From Nitrososphaerota archaeon (GTDB lineage Archaea; Thermoproteota; Nitrososphaeria_A; Caldarchaeales; Calditenuaceae), in NCBI GenBank assembly GCA_033581555.1, contig JAVQSZ010000007.1, positions 1 through 64,000 on the forward strand: a stretch of 64,000 bases of DNA, written 5' to 3'. Below are positions 35,230 to 46,661 of the stretch, piece after piece. Position 1 is the stretch's first letter, and each line of letters starts with the position of its first letter. The notes below the pieces were generated by a model. It ran no database searches, had not been told where the DNA came from, and saw only the letters and a program-made list of their open reading frames with translations. The position numbers were made by a program, and so were the translations under genes.

Positions 35230-37540
35230 AGGGCCTCAAGCAGGCGCCTCCTCAAGGGCCCTCTCGACCCCGATCGAGGACGCGGGGGTATGGCCCCGAA
35301 GACCTCCCTGCAGTCGAAGACCTCGAGCTCTATCAGCCTCCTGAGGGGCTGGCCCTCATCTCCAGCTCCCTTTAGATCCTCCTGATCTCCCTCCGGAGAT
35401 GCACCTCATCTTCGCGATCTTCTCCTCCAATAAGTAGCTCGTCCCCAGCCCCTGAACCCGTGGGCGTCGTAAACAGGGTTCCAGTTGAAGACCTAGACGT
35501 AGTTCACCCCCTCCGCTTCCGAGTCGACCCCGAGGATCTCGTTGACGCTGATCACCCTCATCTCCAGCTTCATCGTCACGGGGTGGAGGACCGCGCTCTG
35601 GAGGACGGCGCAGTTCAGGTCGTCGATGAAGGCCTTCGGGACGTCGATCGGGTCGCTCATCAGCCTCTGTATCAGTTTCTGGACGCTCCCCGCGTGGAAG
35701 GTCGAGAGACGCCGTGGCCCGTGTCCATGATTGGAAGCGCCGGCCCGGTCCCTCCGACGTAGTAGCTCGCGCCCCTTAGGACGAGGTCGTAGACTTCCGC
35801 GGGCCCGTCGGGCGAGACGTCGTTCACCCACTCGAACCCTCCGCTGGGATAGCAGTAGGCCTCGGTTCCCTCGACGAAGGCCCTCAGGTTCAGCCCTTCC
35901 CTCCAGCCCTCGAAGACGAACCTGACCAGCGAGACGCTCGGCACCCTCCAGTACCTCAGGTACTCGGTCACGCCCCGTCCGAGGAGCTCAGCTTCAACCT
36001 CGAGGTCGACCCGCAGCTCCACCGCCCTCCCCGACCCCACGGAGAACTCCACGCCCGATGCCCTCAGCACCGCCTCGAGCCCGCTCCACCTCAGCGCCTC
36101 GCTCCCGGCCCTGACCCTGAGGGCCCCATTCAGCCCGAGCCTCGAGATGGACCAGACAGCCCAAGCGGCCCTGTTGACGCCGAAGGGGCCCTGGAACCTC
36201 TGGCCCCAGCCCTCCAGCGCGTCCAGTAGGCCCCTGAGGAGCGCGGACCCGTCGCCGACGTCTGTGGAGAGGAGCGCGCCCCAGGCTCTGTGCCCATCGG
36301 AGACGAGGAACCCGGAGGACCTGAGGTGGTGGACGAGCTCGGGCCTTATCCCCCTGAAGACCAGCTGCGTCCTCGCACCCCTCGCTCTCGCGGAAGTCCT
36401 CCCGTCGCAGGCCATCACCGAGTTCACGATCGACCCCAGCTCCGCCGCCTCGCCGGGCCCCCTGACCCTCGAGACCAGCTCGTGCCTCCCGCCCCTCGAG
36501 GCGATGTAGTCGCCTCCGATCAGCCTCCCGACCAGGTACCAGAACGAGCCGAGCCCGACCGGAGGAGCGCGATCGACGAGGGCCCCAACTGGCCTCCCCC
36601 CGCCGGTGACCTGAGCTCGAGCCTGATGTCCCTGTAGCCGGACATCCAGAGGCTGAGCAGCTCGGAGGCTTCGACCTCGCGGCCGTCAGGGTGGAGGATG
36701 AACCTGTGGTTCGAGGTGACCCTGAGGACCTGGCCGCTCGAGAGCGTGAGCCTCACCGTCTCGGCGGAGCGGAGCCTCCTCAGCCCCACCGCTTCTGCCA
36801 GCCAGACCTCCCTCGTCCCCGGAGCGGTCGCGTAGACCCCGATCGGATAAGGGAACTCCACGTAGGTCGAGCCGTCGCCCTCCTTCGCCTCGAGGGGCCT
36901 GTGCTGGGCGTAGAGCTCCGAGAGCCAGACAGGACCCCTCTCCGCGAAGACGACCGCGTCCTCGACGCACTGCATCGCCTGGAACGCCACCGACGCCTCC
37001 AGGCCCCTGATCTCGCCGACGATGATGCAGTTGGGCCTCTGCCTAGGCGCGGCCTTTAGGAGGTCGAAGAGCTCGACGCCGCTCGTGCGGGCCTCGCCCT
37101 TCCTCGTCACCTCGCTGACCCAGTTCTCGCTGGGGACGACGATCTCCGGGACGTCCTCGATCGAGACGATCTTCGCGGTCGGCCTGATGAAGACGGCCGC
37201 GGCCCTGAGCAGGGTCGTCTTCCCTGAAGCGGTCTCGCCGCGGAACCAGACGTTCATGTCGCTCTCGAGGAGCGTCCAAAGGTAGGCCGCGTTCTCCGCG
37301 CTCAGGACGTTCCACTTGATCAGCTGAGTTGTGCTGATCGGCGTGTCGGAGAGCTCCCTGATGGTGAAGTTCGAGCACCTCCTGCTGACGTCGGACCCGT
37401 AGACGATGTTGACCCTGGACCCGTCGGGGAGCTGGGCGTCGACGATGGGGTTTCTTAAGCTGACCGGCCTCCCGCCCCTTATCGAGAGCCTCGGAACGAA
37501 CCGGTCGAGCGGGCCCTGCTCTACGCCCGCCACCGACTCA
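35230..37540 (-). pseudogene. Degraded FlaI/ArlI/PilB-type secretion ATPase containing an intein
   Basis: PIVDAQLPDGSR, GETASGKTT, IED, RQRP..IIVGEIRG.EA..AFQAMQ, then TGHG..STFHAGSVQKLIQRL..DPIDVP. 5'-truncated, with frameshifts and an internal stop at 35493. Boundaries approximate. Confidence 0.82.
35723..36969 (-). mobile_element. Intein with degenerate LAGLIDADG homing endonuclease, frameshifted
   Basis: Interrupts conserved QAMQ|TGH; N-terminal Cys, block B VTSNH, FWYLVGRLIGGD and LLRGLLDALEG motifs, block F VYDL, ends PIMD|T. Confidence 0.82.
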
Positions 37541-37764
37541 CCCCCGGTCCTACCGGAGCGGCCTCGCGATCGCAAGAATGGGTCGCCGAGAGCTGTGCGA
37601 CGACGTCCTCAAGCCAATATCCTATAGATAGTCTATTCATATCATCTCCTGATAGAAAATATTGAGTATTTTACTTTATCCTCGCGATCGCAGCGACCGT
37701 TGCCTCTAATATTTAAGTTAGATTTCGCGTCTAAGTCAAAAACGGCCCCTGATGCATAGATTAT

Positions 37765-38919
37765 CTATGAAATCATGTTTTTAATAACTTCTCTTATCGC
37801 TCGGACGATTCCGAGCGCCCCCTCGGCATCGGTGAGCAGCGCGTGGTGCGGGATCCAGAGGACGTCCCGGGTGACGGCCTCCGCGTTAGGTAGCGGTTTC
37901 AGCTCCGCTCCCACGGACTCGCAATACTTCACGACGCCCCTATGTTGGTGGAGGGGCACGGTGTAGCCCGGCGACGCGGGGACGCCGCGGGACCTGAGCG
38001 TCTCGACGACCCGGGCCTTCTCGACGTTCCTGAGCCTCCTCCTGTCGATCCTCAGCGGGACCATGTAGACGTTGAACCTAGTCGTGCCCTCCGGCGGCCT
38101 CACCGGCTCCAACCCGTCGACGCCCTCCAGCTCCTCGAGGAGGAGCGCGTAGTTCCTCTGCCTGACCTCGATCTGGCGGTCGAGCCTCGAGAGCTGCGCC
38201 GAGAGGACCGCGGCCTGGAACTCCGTCATCCTGTAGTTGTACGCGAGCAGGTCGCTCTCGAACCAGTCCTTCCCGGAAGTGCGACCGCAGTTAATCAGGG
38301 ACCAGCAGAGCTCCGCGAGCTCGTCGCTGTCGGTTGTGATGCACCCTCCCTCACCTGCGGTCATCACCTTGCTCGACTGAAAGCTGAAACATCCCATCGT
38401 ACCCAGTGAGCCGGTTCTCCTGCCCCTCCACTCGGAGCCGTGGGCCTGGGCCGCGTCCTCCACTACCGCTACCCCCGCATCCCCGCTGAGCCTCTGGAGC
38501 TCGTCCATGGGGTTGGGCATCCCGGCGATGTGGACCGGGATTACCGCCTTCGCACCGACCCTCTCAGCGACGTCCGCGGCCTCGGCGGGGTCCATGTGGA
38601 GTCCTCCATCGATCAGGTCGACGAGGACTGGGACCGCCCCCAGTTCCGCGATCACCGAGACGGTCGCGACGAACGTGTATGGCGACGTCACGACCCTGTC
38701 GCCCCTCCCGACGCCCGCGGCCCTGAGGGCGACCTTGAGCGCGACGGTCCCGTTGGCGCACGGGACGCCCCTCCTGCACCCGCAGTACCTCGCGAAGTCG
38801 TCCGCGAACCTGAACGCCCAGGTCCCTCCTAGCCCCCAGAGGCCGGACCTCAGGACCTCGAGGAGGTTCCTCTCCTCTTCCTCTCCCCAGACGGGCCAGG
38901 CCCTCCTCCCTGAGCTCAA
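37765..38919 (-). CDS. DegT/DnrJ/EryC1/StrS PLP-dependent aminotransferase
   Basis: NGT, TFVAT, EDAAQAHG, SFQSSKVMTAGEGG, NYRMTE.QAA. Confidence 0.92.
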   Translation of the reverse strand: MSSGRRAWPVWGEEEERNLLEVLRSGLWGLGGTWAFRFADDFARYCGCRRGVPCANGTVALKVALRAAGVGRGDRVVTSPYTFVATVSVIAELGAVPVLVDLIDGGLHMDPAEAADVAERVGAKAVIPVHIAGMPNPMDELQRLSGDAGVAVVEDAAQAHGSEWRGRRTGSLGTMGCFSFQSSKVMTAGEGGCITTDSDELAELCWSLINCGRTSGKDWFESDLLAYNYRMTEFQAAVLSAQLSRLDRQIEVRQRNYALLLEELEGVDGLEPVRPPEGTTRFNVYMVPLRIDRRRLRNVEKARVVETLRSRGVPASPGYTVPLHQHRGVVKYCESVGAELKPLPNAEAVTRDVLWIPHHALLTDAEGALGIVRAIREVIKNMIS

Positions 38920-38998
38920 GTCATCCCACGCGGGCTCCGCGGGGTATTAAGTTGGTCGTGGCGGCTTGAGAGAACGGAGACTCGGGAAGCGGGGAGGC

Positions 38999-41041
38999 TT
39001 AGCGGATCAGGATCCTGACCAGCCTGCTGTCCAGCCTGAGGGGCTCGAAGGGCTTCCCGGAGCCCTCGTAGAACTTGCTGAAGAACTCGTAGAGGTGGAG
39101 CCTGAGGGCCTGGATGAAGGCTAGCGTTCCCTCGAGCGCCATCACGCCGAGGTTCCCTATGACGAGGATCGGGAGGGCCGCGAGCCCGAGGCCGGCGTAG
39201 GTCGAGTTCACGAGGAGCATCAAGGACGCGTGGATCACCATCAGTATAGGGACCCGGAGGTAGCTGAGGGTGTTGGACATGAAGTGGATGATGTTCTCGA
39301 GGATCTCGAGGAGCCCAGCGCCTATCCCGCTGACCAGTGAGGTCTTCGGGCCTATGCCGAGCGCCGAGGAGAGCGGCCTCCCCACCACCAACAGGACCAG
39401 GCAGGCGACGATCCCGTAGAGCGCGACGGTTCCGACTGTGGCGACCGGCAGGCCTATGATGGGGGCGGGCTCGTTCAGCGTAGTCAGTCCCTCGAAGCCT
39501 CCCGCGCCGATGAACGCGATCGCGAAGAGTATCCCCATGAGGTACATGACCATCGTGACGCCCTTGGAGAAGACGGCCTCCCCGAGCTCGCCCTGCTTCG
39601 CGTACTTGACCGCGCCGAGGAGCATCCCGAGCAGGATGTGGACCGCTCCGAGGAAGGGCGCGAAGGTGAAGAGGGTGAGGACCGCGGCCTGGCTCAGCGT
39701 CTTGGTCCCACCGTGCTTCTCCATCAGCTCTACGACCGGTTTGATACCGGTGTACTCGTAGATCCCGAACCCGAAGGCCTCCTGTATCAAGAAGCCGACC
39801 GAGGCCGCACCCGCGCCGAGGAACGTCAGGAGCTTCCCCCAGGTCCTGAGGTACCCCCTGGCCTTCCTCCAGAGCAGCAGGCCGAGCGTCATGATGACGA
39901 GGCCCTGTCCGAGGTCAGCGAACATGATCCCATAGAAGACGACGATGAAGACCGAGACGAATGGCGTCGGGTCGACCTCGTTGTACCCCGGGACGCCCTG
40001 CATCTTGGTGACGGGGCTGAAGGACTCGACGAGCCTGCCGTGTCTCACCAGCGTCGGGACTTGGTGGCCCGAGTGCCCGCCGTGGTGGCCGTGGACCTCG
40101 ACCTCCTCCAGCTCGACGTAGGCCTTCCCCCCCACCGTCCTCAGGAACTCCTCCCTCCTCTCCTCTGGAAGGTAGCCCTCGATCACCACGACCCTCCTCA
40201 ACCCCTGCTCCCTCAGCTTGTCCAGGCCCGACCTGAGGCTCTGGGCCAGGTCCCTCAACGCCGCTATCCTCGGCCCTCTCTCGAGCCTGATCTCTGCCAT
40301 CCGCCTCTCGACTTCGGCCCTCCTCGACTCGAGGGACTCGATCTCGGCCCGCAGCTTAGCGGCCTCCTCCGCAGGGTCCTCCGGGACCGTCTCGAGCCTC
40401 AGGTGCGCGAGGTTCATCCCCCTAGCTATCCTGAGGACCCTGTCGGCGTCCTGGACCCTCGAGAGCACGAGGACTACCGACTTGCCCTCGCCGATCGGCT
40501 GGTCCGTCACCACGAAGTCCTGAAAGGCCTTCCTGACCTCCTCAACCGCGGAGCTGGGGACGACGAAGACGTTAGCCCTGAGCCTCTTCAGGCCCCTCAG
40601 GTGCCTCGCCTCCCGTCCGAGGACCGTGAGGGCCTCCAGGTCGTCGAGCCTCCTCCTCAGCTCCCTGATCCTCGCGGAGACCTCTTCCTGCTCCTTCCTG
40701 AGCCCCCTCAGCTCCTCGAGCGTCGGCCGGGACTCGGACTCGAGCCTCTCGAGGGCCTCCCTGACCCTGCTCACCTCGACGACCTCCGGGTCAGGCAGGT
40801 CGCCCTTCGTCAGCACCTCCAGCGGCCCCCTTTCCGCGGAGACGTTAAGCTCCCTGACCGCGGCCTCGAGCTCTAGGTAGAGCTCCCTGGCCGTGGCGTA
40901 GAGGTCCTCGAAGTCCTTCAACCTCTCGCCCTCGGACTCCTCGACGTGGAACTCCCCGAACCTGTAGAGCTCGTTGAGGACATCTTCGGCCTTACGTCTC
41001 GTCGTCAATACCCTCGCCTTGACCAGCTTGACTATCCCCAT
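38999..41041 (-). CDS. atpI: A/V-type ATP synthase subunit I (a)
   Basis: EVDPTPF, YGIMFAD.GQG, SNTLSYLR, IQALRLHLYEFFSKFYEG.G. Confidence 0.94.
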   Translation of the reverse strand: MGIVKLVKARVLTTRRKAEDVLNELYRFGEFHVEESEGERLKDFEDLYATARELYLELEAAVRELNVSAERGPLEVLTKGDLPDPEVVEVSRVREALERLESESRPTLEELRGLRKEQEEVSARIRELRRRLDDLEALTVLGREARHLRGLKRLRANVFVVPSSAVEEVRKAFQDFVVTDQPIGEGKSVVLVLSRVQDADRVLRIARGMNLAHLRLETVPEDPAEEAAKLRAEIESLESRRAEVERRMAEIRLERGPRIAALRDLAQSLRSGLDKLREQGLRRVVVIEGYLPEERREEFLRTVGGKAYVELEEVEVHGHHGGHSGHQVPTLVRHGRLVESFSPVTKMQGVPGYNEVDPTPFVSVFIVVFYGIMFADLGQGLVIMTLGLLLWRKARGYLRTWGKLLTFLGAGAASVGFLIQEAFGFGIYEYTGIKPVVELMEKHGGTKTLSQAAVLTLFTFAPFLGAVHILLGMLLGAVKYAKQGELGEAVFSKGVTMVMYLMGILFAIAFIGAGGFEGLTTLNEPAPIIGLPVATVGTVALYGIVACLVLLVVGRPLSSALGIGPKTSLVSGIGAGLLEILENIIHFMSNTLSYLRVPILMVIHASLMLLVNSTYAGLGLAALPILVIGNLGVMALEGTLAFIQALRLHLYEFFSKFYEGSGKPFEPLRLDSRLVRILIR

Positions 41042-41157
41042 CGCGTCGGCCGGACTTGACGCTCCGTTCACTTAAACCCGAGCCGCTCGGGTAGGTCGCG
41101 CCCCACGAGCCATCCGATCGAGGAAGCGCTAATACCGGGCAGGTCGACTCTCCGGAC

Positions 41158-42858
41158 ATGGAGGCTGAACTCGGGCAGAGGTCGCTCCCCAGCCAGCGGA
41201 GGTACCACGGCGTCCTGAACGCGAGCCACAGGGCCTTCCTGAGGGCGGTCGGGCTCACCGACGCCGAGATCGCGAGGCCCCTCGGGTGCATCGTGGTCGC
41301 GTGGAGCGAGGCGGGTCCATGCAACTTCCACACGCTCGAGCTGGTGAGGCACGTGAGGGGCGGGATGGAGGCGGCCGGCGTGACGGGGCTCGCGGTCCCG
41401 ACGATCGTGGTCAACGACAACATCAGCATGGGAACCGACGGGATGAGGTACAGCCTCGTGAGCAGGGAGGTGATCGCGGACACGATCGAGGCCCAAGTGC
41501 TGGCCCACGCCTTCGACGGGTTCGTGGGCATCGGGGGCTGCGACAAGACCCAGCCGGGCATCATGATGGCGATGGTCAGGCTGAACCTCCCCTCGGTCTT
41601 CGTCTACGGAGGCTCCGCTGAGCCCGGTTACCTCGGCGAGAGGAAGCTCACGATCGAGGAGATCTACGAGGGCGTGGGCGCCTACCTAAGGGGGAAGATC
41701 ACTGAGGACGAGCTCTACGAGATCGAGCGGAGGGCCCATCCGACCGTCGGGACGTGCGCGGGCCTTTTCACCGCGAACACGATGGCCAGCATCAGCGAGG
41801 CGATGGGGATCGCGCTCCTCGGGTCATCGACACCGGTCGCGACGTCCGCGAGGAGGGCCCAGTACTGCTACATGAGCGGGAAGGCCCTGGGTCATTTGAT
41901 CGAGAACGGGATAAAGGCCAGGGACATCGTGACCTACGACGCGCTCTACAACGCGACCGTGCTCCTGATGGCCACCGCGGGTTCGACCAACGCGATCCTC
42001 CACCTCCTGGCGATCGCCCACGAGGCCGGCGTGCGCTTCACCATCAGGGACATCGACGAGGTCTCGAGGAGGGTCCCGTACATAGCCAGCATGAAGCCCG
42101 CAGGGGAGTACGTGATGGCGGACCTCGACGCGGTCGGGGGAGTGCCCGTGGTGCTGAAGAAGCTCCTCGAGAGAGGGTACTTGAGGGGAGAAGCCCTGAC
42201 GGTGACCGGGAAGACGCTAGCGCAGAGCCTCAGGGAGTACAGGCACGCGGAGGTGCCCCACGAGCACATCGTCCGGGACCCGGCGAGGCCCTTCAAGCCC
42301 ACCGGCGGCATCAGGATCCTATGGGGGAACCTGGCTCCCGATGGCGCGGTCCTCAAGGTCGCGGCGACAGGGCTCAAGCGGTTCGAGGGGAGGGCCAAGG
42401 TCTTCGACGACGAGGACTCCGCCTTCGAGGCCATCAGGAGGGACGAGGTCTCTGAGGGCGACGTCATCGTGATCAGGTACGTCGGGCCGAAGGGCGCTCC
42501 GGGCATGCCCGAGATGCTCAGGGTGACAGCCGCGGTCGTCGGGGCCGGGCTTGGGGACTCGGTCGCGATGGTCACCGACGGGAGGTTCAGCGGCGCTACG
42601 AGGGGGATGATGGTTGGTCACGTCTCGCCGGAGGCGGCGTCTGGCGGGCCCATCGCTGCGCTCCAGGACGGTGACAAGGTCCTGATAGACGCGGAGGCCG
42701 GGAGGCTCGAGGCCCTGATGCCCGAGGCCGAGCTCAGGAGGAGGATGGAGGAGTGGAGGCCGAAGCCCCCGAGGGCGAGGGCGGGGCTCTTGGCGAAGTA
42801 CGCGGCGCTCGTCCAGTCGGCCAGCAGGGGAGCTGTCACCTCACCCGGTCCCCTCTGA
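41158..42858 (+). CDS. ilvD: Dihydroxy-acid dehydratase
   Basis: [40 protein letters not shown]. Confidence 0.96.
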   Translation: MEAELGQRSLPSQRRYHGVLNASHRAFLRAVGLTDAEIARPLGCIVVAWSEAGPCNFHTLELVRHVRGGMEAAGVTGLAVPTIVVNDNISMGTDGMRYSLVSREVIADTIEAQVLAHAFDGFVGIGGCDKTQPGIMMAMVRLNLPSVFVYGGSAEPGYLGERKLTIEEIYEGVGAYLRGKITEDELYEIERRAHPTVGTCAGLFTANTMASISEAMGIALLGSSTPVATSARRAQYCYMSGKALGHLIENGIKARDIVTYDALYNATVLLMATAGSTNAILHLLAIAHEAGVRFTIRDIDEVSRRVPYIASMKPAGEYVMADLDAVGGVPVVLKKLLERGYLRGEALTVTGKTLAQSLREYRHAEVPHEHIVRDPARPFKPTGGIRILWGNLAPDGAVLKVAATGLKRFEGRAKVFDDEDSAFEAIRRDEVSEGDVIVIRYVGPKGAPGMPEMLRVTAAVVGAGLGDSVAMVTDGRFSGATRGMMVGHVSPEAASGGPIAALQDGDKVLIDAEAGRLEALMPEAELRRRMEEWRPKPPRARAGLLAKYAALVQSASRGAVTSPGPL

Positions 42859-43860
42859 GAGCCTCCTGAGGACCTCGTCGGTGAACCTCGAGGCGGTAGC
42901 GTTCCCTCCCATGTCCCTCGTCCTCACCCTTCCCTCCTCCAGCGTGAGCTCCACCGCTCTCTCCACCTCCCTCCCCGCAGCCGCGGCCCTTTCGTCGCCC
43001 CTGCTCTCCCCCAGCCAGCTCAGCATCATCGCGGCCGCGAGGATCATCGCGGTGGGGTTCGCGGTCTCGGGCTCTATGTCGGGCGCGGAGCCGTGGACGG
43101 GCTCGAAGAGGCCGTATCGGTCCCCGACGTTCGCGGAGGGCGCGATCCCCAGCGTCCCGCAGATCCCGGCCGCCTCGTCGCTGAGGATGTCGCCGAACAT
43201 GTTGGTCGTCAGGATAACGTCGAACCTCTCCGGCCTCACGACGAGCTGGTAGGCGGCGTTGTCGACGTACATGAACTCGCAGGAGATTTCCGGGTGGGAC
43301 CTGATCACCTCCGCGGCCACCTCCCTGAAGAACCTGTGGGAGAGGAGGACGTTCGCCTTATCGACTACCGTTATCCTCCTCGACCTCCTCATCGCCTGCA
43401 CGCAGGCCATCCTCGCTATCCTCTCGGTCTCCCTCCTGGTGTAGACCGCGAGGGAGACCGCGTGGTCCGGGCCGACGTCCTCGACCCCCTTGTAGACATC
43501 CTCGACGTTCTCCCTGACGATCAGGACGTCCACGTTCCCGTACCTCGAGGGGACGCCCCTCATCGTCCTGGCCGGCCGCAGGTTCGCGTAGAGGTCGAGC
43601 TCCCTCCTCAGGAAGACGATCACGTCCCTCGCCGTCTCGCCCACGGGGCCCTTCAGGCACGCGTCAGCTCCCCTGATCCTCTCGAGCGAGTCCCCAGGCA
43701 GCGCGACCCCCGTCTCGTCCCTGACCGCGTCGCCCGCCGGAGCCTCGACGAACTCGAGCGAAAGGGACCTCCTCTCCGAGGCGAGCTCCAGGACCCTCCT
43801 CGCCTCCCTCACGACCACCGGGCCTATTCCGTCTCCCGGTATCACCGCGATCCTGTACAT
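42841..43860 (-). CDS. Isopropylmalate/homoisocitrate dehydrogenase family protein
   Basis: [43 protein letters not shown]; substrate not resolvable by eye. Confidence 0.9.
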   Translation of the reverse strand: MYRIAVIPGDGIGPVVVREARRVLELASERRSLSLEFVEAPAGDAVRDETGVALPGDSLERIRGADACLKGPVGETARDVIVFLRRELDLYANLRPARTMRGVPSRYGNVDVLIVRENVEDVYKGVEDVGPDHAVSLAVYTRRETERIARMACVQAMRRSRRITVVDKANVLLSHRFFREVAAEVIRSHPEISCEFMYVDNAAYQLVVRPERFDVILTTNMFGDILSDEAAGICGTLGIAPSANVGDRYGLFEPVHGSAPDIEPETANPTAMILAAAMMLSWLGESRGDERAAAAGREVERAVELTLEEGRVRTRDMGGNATASRFTDEVLRRLSEGTG

Positions 43861-43929
43861 GCTTCGCCGGGCGGGTGGCCTCAGCCGCTAGATAGAGCTT
43901 GGTCTCCGGGCTTATGTGGATTCCCGGAG

Positions 43930-45222
43930 CTAGAGGTCTCCCTGCGGGATCACCGCGAACCCCTTTCCCCTTGCGAGGGCCCTGACCCTCTCGGCGAGAT
44001 GGGAGGGCGCCTCCGCGAGCACCCTGACGCCGTCGCTCAGGTACTCGACGCTCTCGACCCTCCCGTGGGAATAGAGCTCTCCGAGGATCTCGTTGACCGA
44101 GTCGCCGTAGTCGAGCTTCGCTTCGAACCTCACGAGACCCGGGAGGTGTCTCAGGACCTCAGCGATCAGCGCATCGATCCCCTCTCCGGTGACAGCCGAG
44201 ACCGGGACGGCCGGAAGCCCTCCGATGTCGAGCTCCGCCATCCGCTCCCCCAGCTCCTCCTCGCTCAGCAGGTCGACCTTGTTCAGCGCCACGACCGTCG
44301 GGAGGCCGGCGGCGCCGATCTGCCTGAGCGTGTTCAGGGAGACCTCCAGCTTCGTCCTGACCACCTCGACCGGCTCGGAGACGTCCAGGACCAGGAGCAC
44401 GAGGTCCGAGTCCGATATCTCCATCAGCGTCGACATGAATGCGGAGATCAGCAGCGTCGGCACGTTCCTGATGAACCCGACCGTGTCCGAGACGTAGACC
44501 GGCCTCCCGTCGAGCCTCGTGAGCCTCCTCTTCGTCGAGAGGGTCGTGAACATCGCGTCCGAGATCTCCGTCGGGACCGACGTCAGCCTCGTGAAGAGCG
44601 TCGACTTCCCGGCGTTGGTGTACCCAGCCAGCGAGACGGTCGGTATCCCAGACCTCCTCCTCTGCCTACCCTCCCACTCCTTCCTCCTCTTGATCTCCTC
44701 GAGCTTCTTCGAGATCGCCACCACCTGTCTCTTGACCTCCTCGTAGTAGACGTCTGCCTCATAGGCTCCTAGCCCGTGGAATCCGGGCTGCTCTCCCTGC
44801 TTCGCGAGCCTCACCTTCTCCTTAGCCCTGGGCAGCTCGTACTTCAGCGTCGCGAGCTTGATCTGGAGGTGCGACTCGAGGCTCGTCGCGTGCATCGCGA
44901 AGATCTCCAGTATCAGCCTGATCCTCGTGATCACGTCGACGTTCAGCTCCTTCGCGAGGTTGTACTCTTGGACGGGCTTCAGCTCGTTCTCGAAGACCAC
45001 CTTCGATATCCCGAGCCTCCTGACGGCCTCCTTCAGCTCCCTGACCTTCGAGGGCCCGATGTTGTAGACGGGGTGAGGGAACCGATGCTGGACGAGCCTG
45101 TAGACCACCTCGTACTCAGCGGTCCTGCAGAGCTCCTCGAGCTCGTCGAGGTTGTCGTCTTCCTCCCAGGGATAGAGCCTTTGGACGATTGCGACCCTCC
45201 TGCTCCCCGCTAAGCCCACCAC
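43930..45222 (-). CDS. hflX: GTPase HflX
   Basis: LILEIF..HA, GYTNAGKS, FTTL, DTVGF, NKVD. Confidence 0.95.
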   Translation of the reverse strand: MVGLAGSRRVAIVQRLYPWEEDDNLDELEELCRTAEYEVVYRLVQHRFPHPVYNIGPSKVRELKEAVRRLGISKVVFENELKPVQEYNLAKELNVDVITRIRLILEIFAMHATSLESHLQIKLATLKYELPRAKEKVRLAKQGEQPGFHGLGAYEADVYYEEVKRQVVAISKKLEEIKRRKEWEGRQRRRSGIPTVSLAGYTNAGKSTLFTRLTSVPTEISDAMFTTLSTKRRLTRLDGRPVYVSDTVGFIRNVPTLLISAFMSTLMEISDSDLVLLVLDVSEPVEVVRTKLEVSLNTLRQIGAAGLPTVVALNKVDLLSEEELGERMAELDIGGLPAVPVSAVTGEGIDALIAEVLRHLPGLVRFEAKLDYGDSVNEILGELYSHGRVESVEYLSDGVRVLAEAPSHLAERVRALARGKGFAVIPQGDL

Positions 45223-45280
45223 CCGCCGCGAGGGGCTCCGCCCAACTCTTAAGAATATGCAAGCGCGATCGCCGGCTTGC

Positions 45281-45724
45281 TCAACCCTCCTTCGAGCCCC
45301 GCTCGGGGCCTAGGTGGTCCTCCCCTCCCAGCATGTCGCCGAGCGTCGGTGCCTGCCTCGAGGCCTTCCTGAGGGCCTTCTCGAGGACCTCGTCGGTCGA
45401 CTCTACCAGCAGCTTGACCTTCAGAGCCTTCTCGAGCTTCCTCGCCAGCTCGATCGATGGCCTCAGCTCGCCGTTCTCTATCCTCCTGATCGTCGAGGCC
45501 TTCTCGCCCACGAGTTCCGCAAGCTGCTCCCTGGTCAGGAACCTCGCCTCCCTCGCTCTCCTCACGACCTCTCCGTAGCCCTCCACGAGCTCGTACCTCT
45601 CGACCCGGTCGACGATGCTCCCGTACCTCTCGAGCCTCGTGCCCCTCGGCTGCCTGCTCACGCCGCGTCGATCTCCTCCGCCCGAGATAAATCGTCCGGC
45701 CCTCCTCGCCCTTCGGGCCTCCAC
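45281..45724 (-). CDS. mbf1: Multiprotein bridging factor aMBF1 (HTH)
   Basis: ELVEGYG..VRRARE..LT.EQLA....IRRIENG.L.P....A.KLEKAL, C-terminal TLGD; adjacent to hflX. Confidence 0.85.
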   Translation of the reverse strand: MEARRARRAGRFISGGGDRRGVSRQPRGTRLERYGSIVDRVERYELVEGYGEVVRRAREARFLTREQLAELVGEKASTIRRIENGELRPSIELARKLEKALKVKLLVESTDEVLEKALRKASRQAPTLGDMLGGEDHLGPERGSKEG

Positions 45725-45763
45725 GGAAACGCTTAACTAACACGCACGGGTCGTCTAGATCGC

Positions 45764-46660
45764 ATGATTCCCGCGTCCTTCCAGTACGTCGCACCGAAGA
45801 CTCTCCAGGAGGCCGTCAAGGTCCTCAGGCGGTACAAGGGCGAGGCGAAGCTCCTCGCGGGCGGACACAGCCTAGTCCCGCTGATGAAGCTCAGGCTCTC
45901 GACGCCGCAGGTGGTCGTGGACATGAGGAACCTCAGGCCGAAGCTCGCGTACATCAAGGTCGACGGCAGGACCGTCAGAATCGGCGCGCTCACGAGGCAT
46001 GCGGAGATCGAGCACTCCTCGGAGCTGAAGCGGGCCCTCCCGATAATGCCGGCCGCGGCCGAGCACATCGGCGACATGCAGGTCAGGAACATGGGCACGA
46101 TAGGAGGCTCCCTTGCCCACGCTGACCCCGCCTCCGACTGGCCGGTGGTGGCCCTGGCGACGGACGCGACGCTCGTGGCCTACGGAGGCAGGACGCGCAG
46201 GATCCCGGCCTCGAAGTTCTTCCAGGAGCCCTTCACCACCGCCCTGAAGTACTACGAGGTCCTGACCGAGGTCGTGATCCCGAGGCCTCCGCCGAATCAC
46301 GGCTGGTCCTGGAAGAAGTTCGAGAGGAAGGCGGGCGACTACGCGACGGTCAACGCGGCGGTCATCGTCGTCCCGGGTAATGACGGCCGGATAGGAAGGG
46401 CGTCGATCGCTGTGGGCGCGGTCCACACGAGGCCCTACAGAGCGACCGAGTCCGAGCGGATGCTGACGGGGAAGGTCCCGACGATGGACCTGCTCAGGAG
46501 CGCTGCCGAGAAGGCCGCGGAGCTCGCGGAGCCGACATCCGACCTGAGGGGGAGCGCCGAGTACAAGCGTGAGATGGTCAAAGTCTTCGTCAAGAGGGCG
46601 CTGGTCGAGGCCTGCGAGCGCGCGAACCTCATTAAGCCCCAGGTCGCGGAGGTGAGGTGA
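45764..46660 (+). CDS. coxM: Molybdenum hydroxylase FAD subunit (CoxM/CutB-like)
   Basis: [33 protein letters not shown]. Confidence 0.9.
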   Translation: MIPASFQYVAPKTLQEAVKVLRRYKGEAKLLAGGHSLVPLMKLRLSTPQVVVDMRNLRPKLAYIKVDGRTVRIGALTRHAEIEHSSELKRALPIMPAAAEHIGDMQVRNMGTIGGSLAHADPASDWPVVALATDATLVAYGGRTRRIPASKFFQEPFTTALKYYEVLTEVVIPRPPPNHGWSWKKFERKAGDYATVNAAVIVVPGNDGRIGRASIAVGAVHTRPYRATESERMLTGKVPTMDLLRSAAEKAAELAEPTSDLRGSAEYKREMVKVFVKRALVEACERANLIKPQVAEVR

Positions 46661-46661
46661 T

